From positions 20,274,001 to 20,338,000 of the forward strand of contig OZ076410.1 of NCBI GenBank assembly GCA_964187785.1: 64,000 nt of DNA, written 5' to 3'. Made by a program: the position numbers and the translations under genes. Each line of letters opens with the position of its first letter. Position 1 is the stretch's first letter. Of the stretch, positions 22,959 through 36,679 are shown in pieces. This DNA comes from Amphiscolops sp. MND2022. Lineage: Eukaryota. The notes beneath the pieces are model-generated. The model saw only the letters and a program-made list of their open reading frames with translations, searched no databases and was not told the DNA's origin.

Positions 22959-23984
22959 CCAATAAATTTCAAACTAGCACTGATCTTACTGATTCACAAA
23001 CGTCTTATCACAAGTGAATCCAAATGACACAATTAACGAATCAAAACCACAATCAAAAATTAAAGTAACTTTGTCATAAAAATGTTCACTCCGTGATAGC
23101 TCATTCTTGTAATATACATCGCAAACCACAATCAAATAAAGATCCTATACCTTCAAATTCTTGTATCAAATAGTACCAAAGGTACTGCAATCGGTTTCGT
23201 AGCAGTTGCTATGGTAATAATTTACTATGTTCCTCTCAAAACTCGCGACTCCTGTCTGATTTTCTATCACGTTTGTTTCTTTATACAGATATTTTATTAA
23301 ACATCCTCACTCATAAAACGCCTTTCTATCCAACAACAATAACATCAAGTTATAATCAGCATGTTAGAAAATGATCTCAATCTCAAATCAAAACATAGAA
23401 AAGTTGTTCACCTTGTCAATGCCCATATCGTCGCTATTACATATCTCGTTATCGACCTTAATGTGTCCACTCTCAATAATTTGATCAAAGCTCTTTCCAT
23501 ACATTTATAAAACACCCTCAATCTCGTTTTGAAAGACCTCCATCAATTTAAAACACTCTCTGTCATTACCAACAATCTGTAAACATAGTGGTTACAAACA
23601 AAGTGTTCACAAAAATTATGTCTTCTCAAAAATTTAGATTTGTCCACCTTTTTTAAAAGTGCTCAGACAAATCGTGTGAAAGACAAATCTGTCATTGTTG
23701 CAATTTTGAAAGATATGATTTATGCATTAGATTTGGAGATCTCATTGAGATAAAATTGAGAAAAACTATTTTTACATTCGTGAGCGGAAGTGGATTGTCA
23801 CATTTCCTATAAAATCTGGAACCCCTCAAAATTGTGCAACTGAGACCGACATGTCACAATATTTTTCCAAGCGATACAAATGAAATACCAGAACGTCTGA
23901 AAATTTTATATTATGAAAGTGTAGGAGGGAATGATAAAAGTGAAAGGCGAAATCACAGCTATCAAAACAAATTGTTTGACTATC

Positions 23985-26080
23985 TGTCACGACCCGCTCC
24001 CGGTCGGGATTATTCTTGCTGCAGTGGCGTGCAGGAATTCAAAAGGGGGAGAGGGCACGGAAGGCCTAAGCAAAGCTAAGTAAAATACTGAACTTACCTT
24101 GTCTAAACTACAGCACGAACTAAGGATTAACGGAAGCGCAACGTGAAATATCCAAAAATGATCTTGAGCAAAATAGGATTTCCGATTTAGAGTTTTCACA
24201 TGTAATCACTTTACTACATCCGGTTTTGTTTCTGAAAAATCCATGACAATCTAAATACTAAAAAGAAACATTCATAACACTGGGATCAATTTTTGTCCTC
24301 TCCACACTGAAATGAAAACATTAGTTAATTCCGTGGTCCCAACGGAATGCATGCGATCTAAAATAAGGAAAATACAGAGAGAATTTAATAGACTTGTTTC
24401 CAAAGTCTGAAGTAGTTGTTAAAAGCCACTCAAATTACAGTCAAGTAATTTGAATAAACCTTTACAACGCTATGGCAACGTCAATCAGATAAACAAGTTG
24501 CTGGTATTCCTAATTTAACGAACCAATAGCGTCGCTGCTAAAGACGGCATGTTTGCGCTCGAGCTAGTAAGGACCATTCTAATGACGTCATTAAGAATGA
24601 ATTTAAAGATGGCGAATTGCTCCGCTCTAGCTTCGCTAGCTGCTAAGCTAATCTTAATACGTACGTAGCATCTACGGGACGAATTGTAAGCTAAGGAAAC
24701 TATAGCTAATCTTAATACGTACGTGACATCTACGGGAAAGATTGTAACTTGGCAAAACTATACTTAATGTTAATACATGCAAAATAACTGTGGAAAAATC
24801 TGAGACTTAGGGACTAATGCAGTATATCAGGACATTCCTTGGAGCACGTAGAATTTTGTTAGGATAACCAAAATATTGTAGGATTCAATTATTTCCTCCC
24901 GATTTTCTCTGTTCTTTAAGCAATCTAAACGTTCGTGCTGTAGGACCAAGGCAAAAGTGAATTTCTTAATGGAAGGTGCTTTTCTTACTTTTAAGAAAAT
25001 GATTTACGTACTCAGTACGTCTTAAAATGTTGTTGCTTTCCATGTTGTTTGTTATTTTGTAACCATGTTTGCTAGTATCATGTAAAAATCACGCAGATTT
25101 ATCGTTGCCAATTTCTGGTTTATAATAACCAAATTTCAGTTTGTATTTGTCACTTTCTCGGTATCATTTGTTCCTTATCAAACATTTAATTTCAGTAATC
25201 CAAAAACTTCACCGAAATATTTCCGTGACGAATTTCGCTTGTCACTCTTTTGCTGCAAGTTGAAAATTTTGCCGCTCATAAGATGAATCATTGTTCATGC
25301 CCGCGTGCCTTTCGTGATGGAAGTTTAACTAGACATTTATTTTGCCGCTCTTTCGAGATTAAACCGGAATTGAGGATGGTGAACAAAAATGAATTCAACA
25401 AGTACTCCGCGAAAGGGACGTGACTAGGAATTTTAAATTATGAACAACTAGTTAAAGGATTGAAATGATAAGGATGACTAAGTAATTTTTATGAACAAAA
25501 TGGATTTTTAGGATTCCTAGGAATTTTTAGGTGAGGAACAAATGATGCTGAGAAGGTATATATAGTTGTAGATACTTTGAAAGATTTAATCAATCTTTTG
25601 TTTCCCAATTAATCAATTTGTTCTGTTGATACAATAAAACTCGCTTCTTCGACGAATTAACACATTTCCGAAGACTTCTCTATCATAAACTTCCAAAGAT
25701 GACTACTAGAAGCCAGAAAAGGAAAGCAGTTGAAGAATTAGTCTCTACTGAAATCGAAACACCAGTACCAGAAATTAGTCTGAGCGAGAATCCCGTAGCG
25801 GGAACAAGCAAATCTCCCAGAGTCATTTCTGAAAACTTAGAAAATATTAAATCGGCTCTGAGAAAAGAGATAATGACTGATCTTACTAAAATCTTAGCCG
25901 AGAACCAGAAGGAAATGCTAAAACTGATAGCTCCAGTAACTAAAAAACAAACCCTAGTTAGAGCTTCTGAAGAAACTGATTCTGATCCCGAGAACATCCC
26001 GGAAAATGCAACATCAACACCTATAAAAACCAAATCCACTGCGACTACTAATAAGATTACCCCGGTAAATAGTCGTAACA
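23985..26080 (+). mobile_element. Solo LTR (2096 bp) related to the 16-kb Gypsy LTR
   Basis: TGTCACGACCCGCTCCCGGTC...AGTCGTAACA termini match TGTCACAGCCCGCTCCCGGTC...TGTCGTAACA of the 16-kb element. TSD CTATC at 23980-23984 and 26081-26085. Internal ~60-bp tandem repeats at ~24640-24780. Confidence 0.92.
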
Positions 26081-26091
26081 CTATCATTTAA
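25699..26091 (+). CDS. LTR-encoded Gag N-terminal leader (130 aa; last 3 codons from flanking DNA)
   Basis: MTTRSQKRK...PVAGTSKSPR...NQKEMLKLI...TP.K...SRN is homologous to MSTTRSQKRK...VAGPSKPKSPR...SQKEMLKLL...TPTK...CRN of the Gag at 57464. Confidence 0.75.
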   Translation: MTTRSQKRKAVEELVSTEIETPVPEISLSENPVAGTSKSPRVISENLENIKSALRKEIMTDLTKILAENQKEMLKLIAPVTKKQTLVRASEETDSDPENIPENATSTPIKTKSTATTNKITPVNSRNTII

Positions 26092-26139
26092 ACACAATAA
26101 ATCAACACTACAGTCTTCCCTAGATTTACAAAAATACAA

Positions 26140-26335
26140 ACCTTGCAAAAAACTTGCTAGACGTCTTGCAAGACCTTGCAAAACAATGTATTATTCTTGC
26201 AAGACGTCTTGCAAGAATCTTTCAAGACAGACATTGACCTTGCAAGAATCTTGCAAGACAGACATTGACCTTGCAAGAATCTTACAAGGAAGACAATGAA
26301 CTTGCAAGGAAGACGTTAAACGTGCAAGAGTTTGC
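26140..26335. repeat. Cluster of CTTGCAAG motifs, fragment of the same foldback family as 8715-9545
   Basis: More than 10 CTTGCAAG-like motifs, including a tandem GACAGACATTGACCTTGCAAGAATCTT duplication. Confidence 0.65.
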
Positions 26336-26811
26336 GGGAAAAAGTCATCCTATAAGATTTAGCAGGGAATGTTACAATCCTGGAATGATGCTTGAGTAAA
26401 AGTTCATTTGATCTTCACGGTGTCTGATAAGCTTCCAGTTCACGGTTCCTTTCGAGACAGTTCAAAATTTTTGATGGTTCAAAATTAATTCATGCAATAC
26501 CAATTCCATGAAGTTAAATTAGGAATGCGTTTTTACAGTGAGATAGAAATTGATATGAGTTGTCGCTATGCCGTAAACTACATCTCTTCAAATGGATTTT
26601 CAGTTTTCATCTTTATAGGAATTTCGTGTTTTTATTTTCCGACCTCAATTTTCAAAGGGAGAAGAAAACCATGATTTTCGATGCGTTTTTTTCCAAATTC
26701 TGCCGAAACTTCACTTGACTATCTCCATCCACCTGACTATCTCCAATGGAGATAGTCAAGTGAATTGAGATTTCCCATCCACTTGACTATTCTACTTGAC
26801 TATTTTCATAG

Positions 26812-26892
26812 TTAATATGGCCCAGTTGGTAGTGCAACCGCCTCTCAGTCAGTAGTAAGTGGGTTCGAATCTCGCCTTCTCCAGACTTTTTT
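26812..26892 (+). pseudogene. tRNA-derived Pol III unit (SINE head or tRNA pseudogene)
   Basis: A box TGGCCCAGTTGG (26818), B box GGTTCGAATCT (26862), T-run at 26887-26892. No convincing acceptor stem. Confidence 0.6.
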
Positions 26893-28295
26893 GAGAAGTC
26901 GGAAAATATCCCGGTGCTTAGCAGGCGTCTTGTTTAGTCATCAGTTGTTTAAATTTTAAATTCCAACATCATCTATTGTCAACAGGCCCTCAATGATTGC
27001 GTACATAGAATAGTGATGATTAGATCCAGTTCTTTTTTTTTACACATAAATCGGTGTTACTTTTTACTTCAATTTTTGTTTTATTATTTTCCGCCCTCAC
27101 AATGTATTGTGTGAAGGAGGTAAATTATAATCTTTGTTGTGTTTTTTGGCAAATTCAGCCAAATCTCGTTCATTATATTTACACCACATCCTCATTCCCG
27201 TTTTGAAAGACCTCCACCAAATTAAAGCACAATCGTTCGTTATTATTTGATATAACCATGATATAATTTCATGTTGATTAAATTCACATCCGACTTTTCA
27301 TCTCTTCATCTTGTCTAGTCCTCAATGTACTGATCTAACGATGACTTATTTCTAAGCTTCCTTAATTTCACGTTCCACCTTTTTCTATCCATTTTGTCAA
27401 GACCTTAAAGTACGCGCCTAGTAAATAATTCATTTCAATTTATAAGCGTTGTCTACCATATTATTGGATTATTGGAATTGAAAATTATAAAGCAATTCGG
27501 ATTTGCACCTCCATCAAAACGGACAATAAACTTTTCATCGCCAGTTGTTCCTGATAAGACCTATTACTGCAGCTCTGTTAGTGTCTCTCTTAAAGTACTT
27601 TGTCTCCATTAAAGTACGCCGTTCACACCCCTTTGTTTAGATAACATAACACCTAAAATAACATCTAAGACAACAAGTATTTCAACTGGTGCAAACAATT
27701 GGCTTTTTCTTTCGAAAACCTCTCTTCTCAACTAACCAAATCCTTGGTTCGATCGATTCTTTTTGGTGGAAAATTTTTCTTCTGTTCCAACTATTTAACT
27801 GGTTCGATATCAACTATCGCTACACATTTTCTTTACTAACTTGAAGGACGACTCGGCTTTGTCCGTATACCCTATTCGTGACTAACTATAGAAAAAAGTG
27901 ATTGGACATCTTGTTGACACACCAGTTTTCTGTTCGTTCTAATTAAATAAAATTGGTTCGATTTTCTTACCGGTGCATGGTTTTTATGTGTAGCATATAT
28001 TCTATATATGCAAATATGGTACGGACTAAATATTATGTGAACCCGTGAACCCATGAACCCGTTAACCCGTCCCAAATATATAGCGGGAAGTTTGGTCGTG
28101 TTTCTATCTAAATCAGCAGAGTATTTACGATTCTATTAACTAATTCTACGGAGTTCGCGTTAATCTTTGTTACATCTAATATTTGAGGGATATTCGGTAA
28201 TGATAAATCAAGACAAGTCATAATATAAAAGTTGTCCACATGTGAAACTGACTGCATTTAGCTCCTCGACTTTTGTTCACAATATCGGGCATTTT

Positions 28296-28465
28296 TCTTT
28301 TTCACCTTGAGGAGGTGACTTAGTAGGACTTGAAGTCTGGACTTTGTCGAAGAGTGGTCTGTAGGAATTTCCACGGCATTTTTCTTTTTCACCTTGAGGA
28401 GGTGAATTAGCAGCACTGGTAGGACTTGAAGTCTGGACTTTCCCGAAGAGTGGGCTGTAGGAATT
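28296..28465. repeat. Imperfect tandem duplication of an ~80-90-bp unit
   Basis: CACCTTGAGGAGGTGA...GTAGGACTTGAAGTCTGGACTTT...CTGTAGGAATTTCCA occurs twice; it produces the repeated GNSY.PLF.KVQTSSPT peptide in ORF 28277-28597. Confidence 0.8.
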
Positions 28466-31400
28466 TCCAGGGCGCGAGGTTCCATAATCATTCATCTCTT
28501 CTTTAAGAACTTGTTCCAGCCCAGCCGCCATAGTCACTGCTCTCAGAAGAATCAAAGTTTGCAGCAGCTCGTGAGCGTCAGCGGCTGAAACAATCACCTC
28601 TAACTAATGAAAAACTGTTAGTTGAAAATGTGAAGACCCAAGCTGAAGTAAAAATCGGGCATAACGTCAGCAATTCGGATACAGCGTAGCATTCGTCGAG
28701 GTAGACGTTTTGCGCAAAAATTTATTCAATAGATTTCAATTCTAAAAAAAATCAGAAGTTCGACTCGGGTTAGTTAGATGCAAAGTGTCACTCTTTTCAA
28801 TTTAGTTGAAGAGAAGTTCCTTTCAGGCTGACAACGGTTTTTTTATTGAAAAGATCAAAAAATCCAAAGCACCGAGTTTTTGGGGGAATTTAGGACGCAT
28901 GTAGATCAAACAACTAGAGTTTTAACTATTGAAAACATGAAAATAGGAAGAGAAGACCTTGTAGTGAAGTGAAAGAAAACTCGAAAGTCGCGCAGTGCCA
29001 AAACCACTCGAAGGGTTGCCATTTGGCCACATTCAGTTTCATTGAGTTAAGAAGGTGTTAGAACCGAAGGGGGACCCTTTGGCACCCCTGGATGAAATTT
29101 TGATCTTAGGTTAGTTGTGTTGCACAACAACTACTTCCTCAAGCGAAATTTAACAGTGACAAAAACAGAAGGGAGGGCATTTTGGTCTCGTCTACATTGG
29201 CAAAAAGACAAAACAGCGCGTTGTCCTTACACGTATACCTGAATCACCACTAAGAGACACAAGTGCTAACAATTGAGCAACGTTTCAGTGATTTCAGACA
29301 AATACTGGTTGGTTAAAAAAAAAGAAATAGAAACTTGAAAGTCTCCAAAACTGTGCATCTGTAAGCTAAATCGCTACAGGTAGATTTCTGAGTGTGTCGG
29401 CCCTCCGATCGCAGACATGTCTTCAAGCGTGTAAAATTCGCAAATCAGCACTGATTTTGCGGAAACCATGCCACGAAGTTTGGCCTTTTTCGGAATCCGA
29501 GGGGCTGGCCTTATTCGTTACCCGGTTTCAAATTCTGGAAACCGGGACCAAAAATATGCCGACAAATTTGTGGATTCCACAAAATGCATTTTTTTCAGTG
29601 AAGACGGTGCCCAGCTCAAGACTTGGAAGGTGCTCATGCTTTTCTTTTTCACTAAAACGTCAAAAACCCTAAAATTTGCTCTAAACACTTAGAACTTTGA
29701 GTTCTCTCAATTTTTGTGTTCCCTCGTTGTAGCTCCCTTGGCAACTATCCTGGAGTAAATGGGAAGGTGAAGAAACTTTTGCTAGAGTGTTGGAGAGAGA
29801 AATCCCAAAAATTCAATTCTAACAGAAACATTCGCGCTTTAATTTCAGCGGTGCGGGCTTGGTGATCTGGCTATCTCTTCCGTGTGGCACTCTCCTGATA
29901 CGTTGTCAGATATTTGGTCAGAAAAATTGGAAGCAACTATGAAACTGTCTTCTGTTGGCCAATCTTCCTCCCTTGAGTAAGAAGTGTAGTCAGATGCTAT
30001 ACTAACATTCAAATTAATCACCTCCGGTTTTCTTTCCGATACATTTGCAGGGTTGTTAGGTTGCGTCGCGTTGCCCGCACCTCCACTTGCGAAGAACAGA
30101 GGTGCTCTCATGCAACCCCATGACTTAGTCTTTTGGTTACAACTTTTTTCTACCTTTTTTCAGGACGTCTCAAAAAGAGTCGAAGTCACTTCTAGCGGTT
30201 GCAGCACCAAGAAACTTGCACGGCTTCCTTTTTTGATACGTGGGGCCGGTGAATGCTCCTTCGATGTTGCAAGGACAACTATGTGGGTCACCACGTTTTT
30301 TTAGACGATGTTTGCTCTTTTCAAATTTTTTTATAAAACGTTCAAGTGTCTCGCAATTTTCACAGAAACGTCAGAAACGGTCAAAACTTGGTCACTGGAT
30401 CCCTAGTAGGGTGGGGTATGCTAGAAAAAAGTAGAATTTTTGGTAGAATGCCGATGTGAACATTCGGTTTGATTTAGACGTGCTGTACTTTTAGATACTC
30501 TAGAACGTGCTTCATCTTTTTTTTCTATGTTCCCCCTCACTGTGTAGAGCTGGTAAGCTCGCGTTTTTGTCAATCAGCATGATAATAGGTGTTAGTTACG
30601 AGAGTGAGAAAAAATTGATTCCACTCTTCGATTAGGGTTACGAACAGATCCGCAAAAATGTTGGACGTTTTCTTCCCTTGGTAGCGTTCTAGTGAAGATA
30701 TTTGTTTGCACATTTTTCAAAAGTTATAGCGCTGATCGACACAGACCTTGGTACTTGCTGTCAATAAGTACGCAAAATGCTAGTCCAAACGTTCAAAAGA
30801 AGCTCAGGAACTTCTCTGGGTTTTCGAAAGTGCCTTGATAATAATTGAAAAAGTCAGGTCCGTCCAGTCCAGAAAGAGCAACTGCACATAAAGGTTCATT
30901 GCGTTGCATTATCGAGGGTGACGCTGGGATAAGCCCTTAATAACCCATGTCCATGAGATATAATTTCAACAGTTTTTAAAGAACCTTCGGCAAATATTCT
31001 CTTTTTTTTTTCTATCAGATAGATGCTTTGAAGAGCATTTCTCAATTTTGGGTAGCGTTTGGTCCAACAAACTTCCTGGTCAATCAATTACTTTAGTGAC
31101 GGCGTTGAAACTGTAAGCGTTCTTCAGGTAGGGTCACGATATCTACGATCCCATCCTACTTTTAGGAAAAGCCCAGTTTGATAAAAAACTCGACTTTTTC
31201 AATGCGTTAGTGACTTTTTTCAATACTGAAAAGGAGTTTTTCAATGCGGTTTTCACTGTACGACGTTAAATTTTACGTTCAACCAGAAATATCGGGTTTT
31301 AATTTATTCAAAGCTTTAAACTCCTACCGAGTGTTTGATACTTTTTAAGATTACTCTAAAACAACATCAAAGTCAAGGTTTTTGGGACCAAACTAAAGTT

Positions 31401-33429
31401 TAGACTCTCTTTAGGTGCAAAAAAAACTTTTCGACACTTTGATGTGCACTGCAAACTAATTTTAGCACACATAAAATCTTTTAGGGTTCCGATTGCTCCT
31501 CCGCCGCCATTGTTTGTCTTGCCTAAACAAATTGTAACAATACTATTTTTTTCCTCACAAAATATGTTTTGCAAAGTGCTCATAAGCGAACTTTGGATAC
31601 TTTAGTATCCGATGGCGAACCATTTGGGATTTTGAGCCACTCCTATTTTTTCCTGCAGGGTTTTCCACTCGTGCAGGTATTTTGCCTCAAAAGTGTTTAA
31701 AAGGCTTTTTTCGCTACCAATCCACGAAACAACGTTTGTTTTTCCCACAAAAAAATGCAAAAGTTCAAAGACACTTACAGGCGGCTCGCAATGGTATTTG
31801 CAAAGATTGCACTCAAAAATTGATGCAATCGAGAAAGTTTTTTGCACTACATAAATTTGCAGATAACCGGGGTTGAGAAATCGCACTTTTTTATTATACA
31901 TCCTCGCCCAAGCTAGAGTCAAACTGCTTAGACTGTTAGCAATGTGAGCACCTGTGCTACAATTTCACTGAACATCTTTCACGAGAAATGGGGAGATCGT
32001 AGACACTCATTTCGGCCAGTTCTGTATCTCGTCCGAGCATGGTTTGTCCTTTCTTCCATCCTCGTTTCATTACAGTGCCAAAAGTGAGTTAGCACCTTTT
32101 TGCGCTACTAAGTCACCGAATTCCACTAACAAACTTTTAAGCATGTTTTTCACTAATTTTCAATGGATTCTGTGTGGCTTTTTCTGGAGGCCACTATAAT
32201 ATCTAGCTAAAGTACAAAAATGCATGAACCGGAATCCACTGCTTTTCACTGCCGACTGAATTGAACCAATCCGTCAGGTTATTTCACTTTTCAACAAAGT
32301 CTGCTGAAATTTACAGTGAACTTCACTGTGGCTTTCAGGGGATTCCACATTGGCTCGCACCCAATTCCGCTTTTCAACTTGAGGAAATGCCTTCGAAAAG
32401 AGTGCAATCGACTGTAAGCCAAAGTGGAATCCACTAAACGGTAAGAAAGATTCGTAATCCACTCAAACTTTTGAAATCCACTCAAACCATGATAAATTAG
32501 TTTTGAACGTAAAATCCTGTGAAGTTTACCTAAATTTTCATCAGTAATCTTTCATTTCAATTGAGTATTGAATATGTTCTGAATTTTTTTTGTGACATTT
32601 TCAAAGCTGATTCTGTTTTTTAATTCTCACAAATGAAGACTTGAATGAACACGTCAATGAAATTGAATAAACTTTTAATATTTCTTTCTTCGAAATTTTC
32701 ATTGTGTTCTGTTTAATGTATCTCACAAACAAACATATGAATGACTACGTTATTGAAAGACTTTTTTTGTTTTTTTTTGTTTCGGGCCGTTGAATACAAG
32801 TTCTGTTCTGTGAAGCAATAGATGAATGATAGGAACTTTAAATTTTTTTTAATAAATGATAACTTACACCTGATGCGTTCCCTCCTTTGACACGTTTCCA
32901 TTTTCCGCCCACATTTTTTCGCAGAGGAAGGTCATAATCGGTGATGCTTTTCTTCCAAATTCCGTCAAATCTCCACTTTACTCCACTTTTATAAAATCTG
33001 GTGCTTATAAAAAGACCTGCCATTTTTCACAGCACGCTATATGCAAACTTTTAACGTCATATGCGAAGTGAATCGCGTTTCACAACGATGAAGCGGAGGT
33101 TCGAAAATAATTGAGACTATTCGCGTTTTTACGTTTTATCCGAACTATATTGAGTTGTACTAAGGAGGAGGCGGAGGTTCGAAGAAAAACTCTCGCATTT
33201 GGAAGCGAAAGAATCCCGGAGCACAGCGGGCGTCTTTTTATAGGAATTCAGTTGTAAGTCTTGTTTGCGTCTTTGATAAAGTCAAAAAAAGGGGTCCTTT
33301 CTGTCCTAAAATATTGTGATTTTCAAGTTGAAAAAAGTGTCTCTTTAATATTTACAAGTTTTTGCTGTCTGTTTTTTTCCAAGTAGAAAGCACTCAGCAT
33401 TATGTAAAGCAACTTAGTAGTACTTAATT

Positions 33430-36270
33430 CAACTCTCGGTCAAATGAGCAACAGAATTAGTGACTGGCAAATCCTCCGCTCAATGTCGAAACACGTTGGA
33501 GACACGACAACTAACAGAACAACTCGCTGAAGAATCGTTCCACATTGTTTTTGACAAAAAGTCACAGCGAATCCTACCACCTACCAGTGAACGCATGTAA
33601 GGCATTATAGTTTTAGCTTAACGTGCAACCGAAAGTTTCCAAAGAGGTGTTGAAGAATTATTTGGACAGCGTGCTGAGCAGTAATTTCATTGAAATTATG
33701 TTGCAAGAATGATTGAGGTTGAAGTTCAAGGTGAAATTGAGACGTATCAGAAGACCTAACAGGTAGGAAAACGAAGATACTGATGTTGATAGTCTATTGG
33801 TTTCAACATTCTGGATCAATTGATACATTATTTATTTGCTCAATGCAACTGTCTACGGGTTTAGAATGTCAGACTTCGGAAAATTCAATCTTTCCTTAAA
33901 TGATGGGAAAGAAATCTTAGATTCCAAATTTGTAGACCATCGAGTCACACGTTACAAAAATGTCAGAAGTAACTTACTTCAATCGTGGTTGAAATGGTTG
34001 TAGGGACGATTTTATTCACAAATTACCAGTTAGAAGACAGCCCCCCGGTATCTATTTTTGTTGCTTCAAAAACAATGAAACTTGTTTTTACGCGGGGCTA
34101 TATTGACTTACCGTGGAACGAAACGAGAAAAGAAATCGTTTCAAAATACTTTGACGGTAGATTTTCTCCCGGTATCGGTACGTTTTCAAATGATCAATTT
34201 TTTTTCTACATTCCATGGTCGAAAAAACGCCCTTTGAAGTGTTTGTCTCTGGATTGATATTTCAAGAAGACTACAGAAGATAGAAGACTTTCTTTTTCAA
34301 AAACAAGACAAGCAAAAGTCAGATATGAAAATTGCACATCGAAAAGTGGCACTGAACTAATGAAAAAAAAATTTGGACCGAAATCCTTAATTTTTCCGGA
34401 ATGGTATACATATTCACCGATTCTCGGATTAGCCTCATTTCTCAAAGAACAGCAAAAGAAACGTAGCGCATGGCCAAAAGGAGTGCAAGTGGTACTTACA
34501 TTCGAAACTTGTTTACGAGTCTGTTGGAGGCTAGGGGCTCGTCCGACGAGTGCTTCAGGGTCGAACTTTCAATCAAAATGAAAACTAGCAACATGGAAGA
34601 CATACACCATGCATTTCGACAAACGCTAGTTTAGATTAGTTCAGATTGTGGAAGCGTAGTACCATTACATCAAAAGAGCCACTAGCCTCATAATGAAACA
34701 GTTTGTTGCCATTTGCGTGCCTGAGTGAAACTACTCTGGATTTCGATACAATCTACTGAGTGCTGCGACAGTTTGCGTCCTTAGTTTTACAGCAAAAAAC
34801 CAATCCTGAATTTTGTAAAATAGGATGACTGAGGTACCGTCTAGAATTAAGTATTTCAAACAGCCTAGTAAGCAGCCAATCATCCAAGTCTGTCTTCTGT
34901 TTTGCATTACCTCGTGGCAAAGATGATCAATACGCAATGGAACAAAATTTTGACCTGTCTATGCTTGGCAACCTAGAATCCTATTTGGCTATACAGCAAG
35001 ACAAAAGAACTACAAAAGTTGGACTTTGAAAATACATACATTGTTGAGAGCCCGTTCTTGGCGCGATTTGTGGTTTGATAATTCACTGAACATTCACGTT
35101 CTCAACCCGCACATATTCCGGTATGTATGCGATGAACAGTTTATCCCCACCTCCTGCTCAGATGTCGAAGGAAGACGAACGTCTTTGAAGATCTCATTCA
35201 GACAACATGTTCCTAGAGAAGCATTATCAAGCTTAGTAGATGTCGGAACAGTTTGCCCAGACGCGACGCACATGATAACGCGTTTCACGGAGTATGATAT
35301 TAGAAGAGAGAGGCTGCTCAGAAAGTGACTATTGACATACATTATAAGAAGCTTTGACCATGAAACGCTTTGAAAGTCATTTGACAAGCCAAGAAGCAAG
35401 GAGACGGTGTTTTCAGTTAAATATCACCCACAAGAACGTGGGTATAGCCCCGGGAACGGAAGGACCACTAATATTAGCAGGATTGAATGCACTCACAGTT
35501 AAAGCTGAACCAGAAGAACTTAGACGCGCTCAACTTGGAATAATCACGAACCCTTACGAAGCAGTTTGAACGACCGAATAACTTCTTGGAACAAAGAAGA
35601 TGGATACAACTTGGGTGCTGCAAAAGTACTGAAAGTCTTCAAAACCGTATTAATTTGACAAACGAAACCAAGAAACGAATAAAGATCTAGGTCTATTTAC
35701 GACGCATGTGAGCTTCTACGACAAAGTTTAAGCCAATATGCTATTCGGTTCATGAGTCTGGTAATATTTGATGTCGACACTTACAAACAATGTGGTGAAA
35801 CATACTATCAATTCATTTGGTTTTTCTCCGGTCAAAAAGGGCCACCATTCAAGCTTAAGCTTCCACTGATAGCCCAACTAATTGAAAGCGAATACATTGT
35901 GAAACCATGGAATCACCTCTGCCAAAGCTTCAAAAAATCGAACCACAATGCGAAGAGAATATTTCAAACAAGAACAATGAGAGGCTGTGGCACCATTTAC
36001 CATCAGAATCCACCATATCTGGTTACCGCTATTTCATTTTGCAGGTTTCTGGATGTTTTCAACAATGTCCGAAAATGTTCAAGTGTTTTCAGAAAAACAC
36101 TCACCACTAAAGAGGTTCTTGAGGGTGCCAAAACTTTTTTTACACATTTGTAGAGCTCATCTGGCGTTACCCGGCCTTGCAATGGGCGACAAGAGAGACA
36201 AGAGAAAAATTTGCGGCCTCAGAATCGAGATTGATGGAAAGAGGTTTCAGGTTTTCAAGCATAGTTAGTT
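33430..36270 (+). pseudogene. Run of decayed, co-oriented coding fragments of unknown origin
   Basis: Several plus-strand 70-130 aa ORFs (33985, 34360, 35026, 35354, 35752) with protein-like composition, separated by stops and frameshifts. No family recognised. Confidence 0.3.
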
Positions 36271-36679
36271 TCAAGCGTGGGCTCACACAGGATTCGCTTG
36301 AAGGTAGAATTTAAGGAAAGAAGAAGAAAGTAGAAAATGGAGGTGTCGTATTTGAGAATCGTAGAGAACTTAGTGAGGCAATGGGAATTCAAACACCCTG
36401 AACTTTCACATTTTTGTCTGAGATGAAAAGGACCTTACTACCGCTACTGGCGATAAACAGCAATTAGAAGCCATGAGAACAAAATTGAAGCTCCATCTAC
36501 ATTGGTCCGCGCGCTATTTGTCAACAGAAGCCGCAAACACATAAAGTAAAAGTTATCCAATAACAAGCCGGGAACGACATAAGTCGGCGCCATATCCAAG
36601 GCTCAAAAACAGCGAAAGGATTTCCAAGTGTCAAGAATTCTCTTTTACAGTACTCGAAAATCAAAAAACTAAAAAATGG

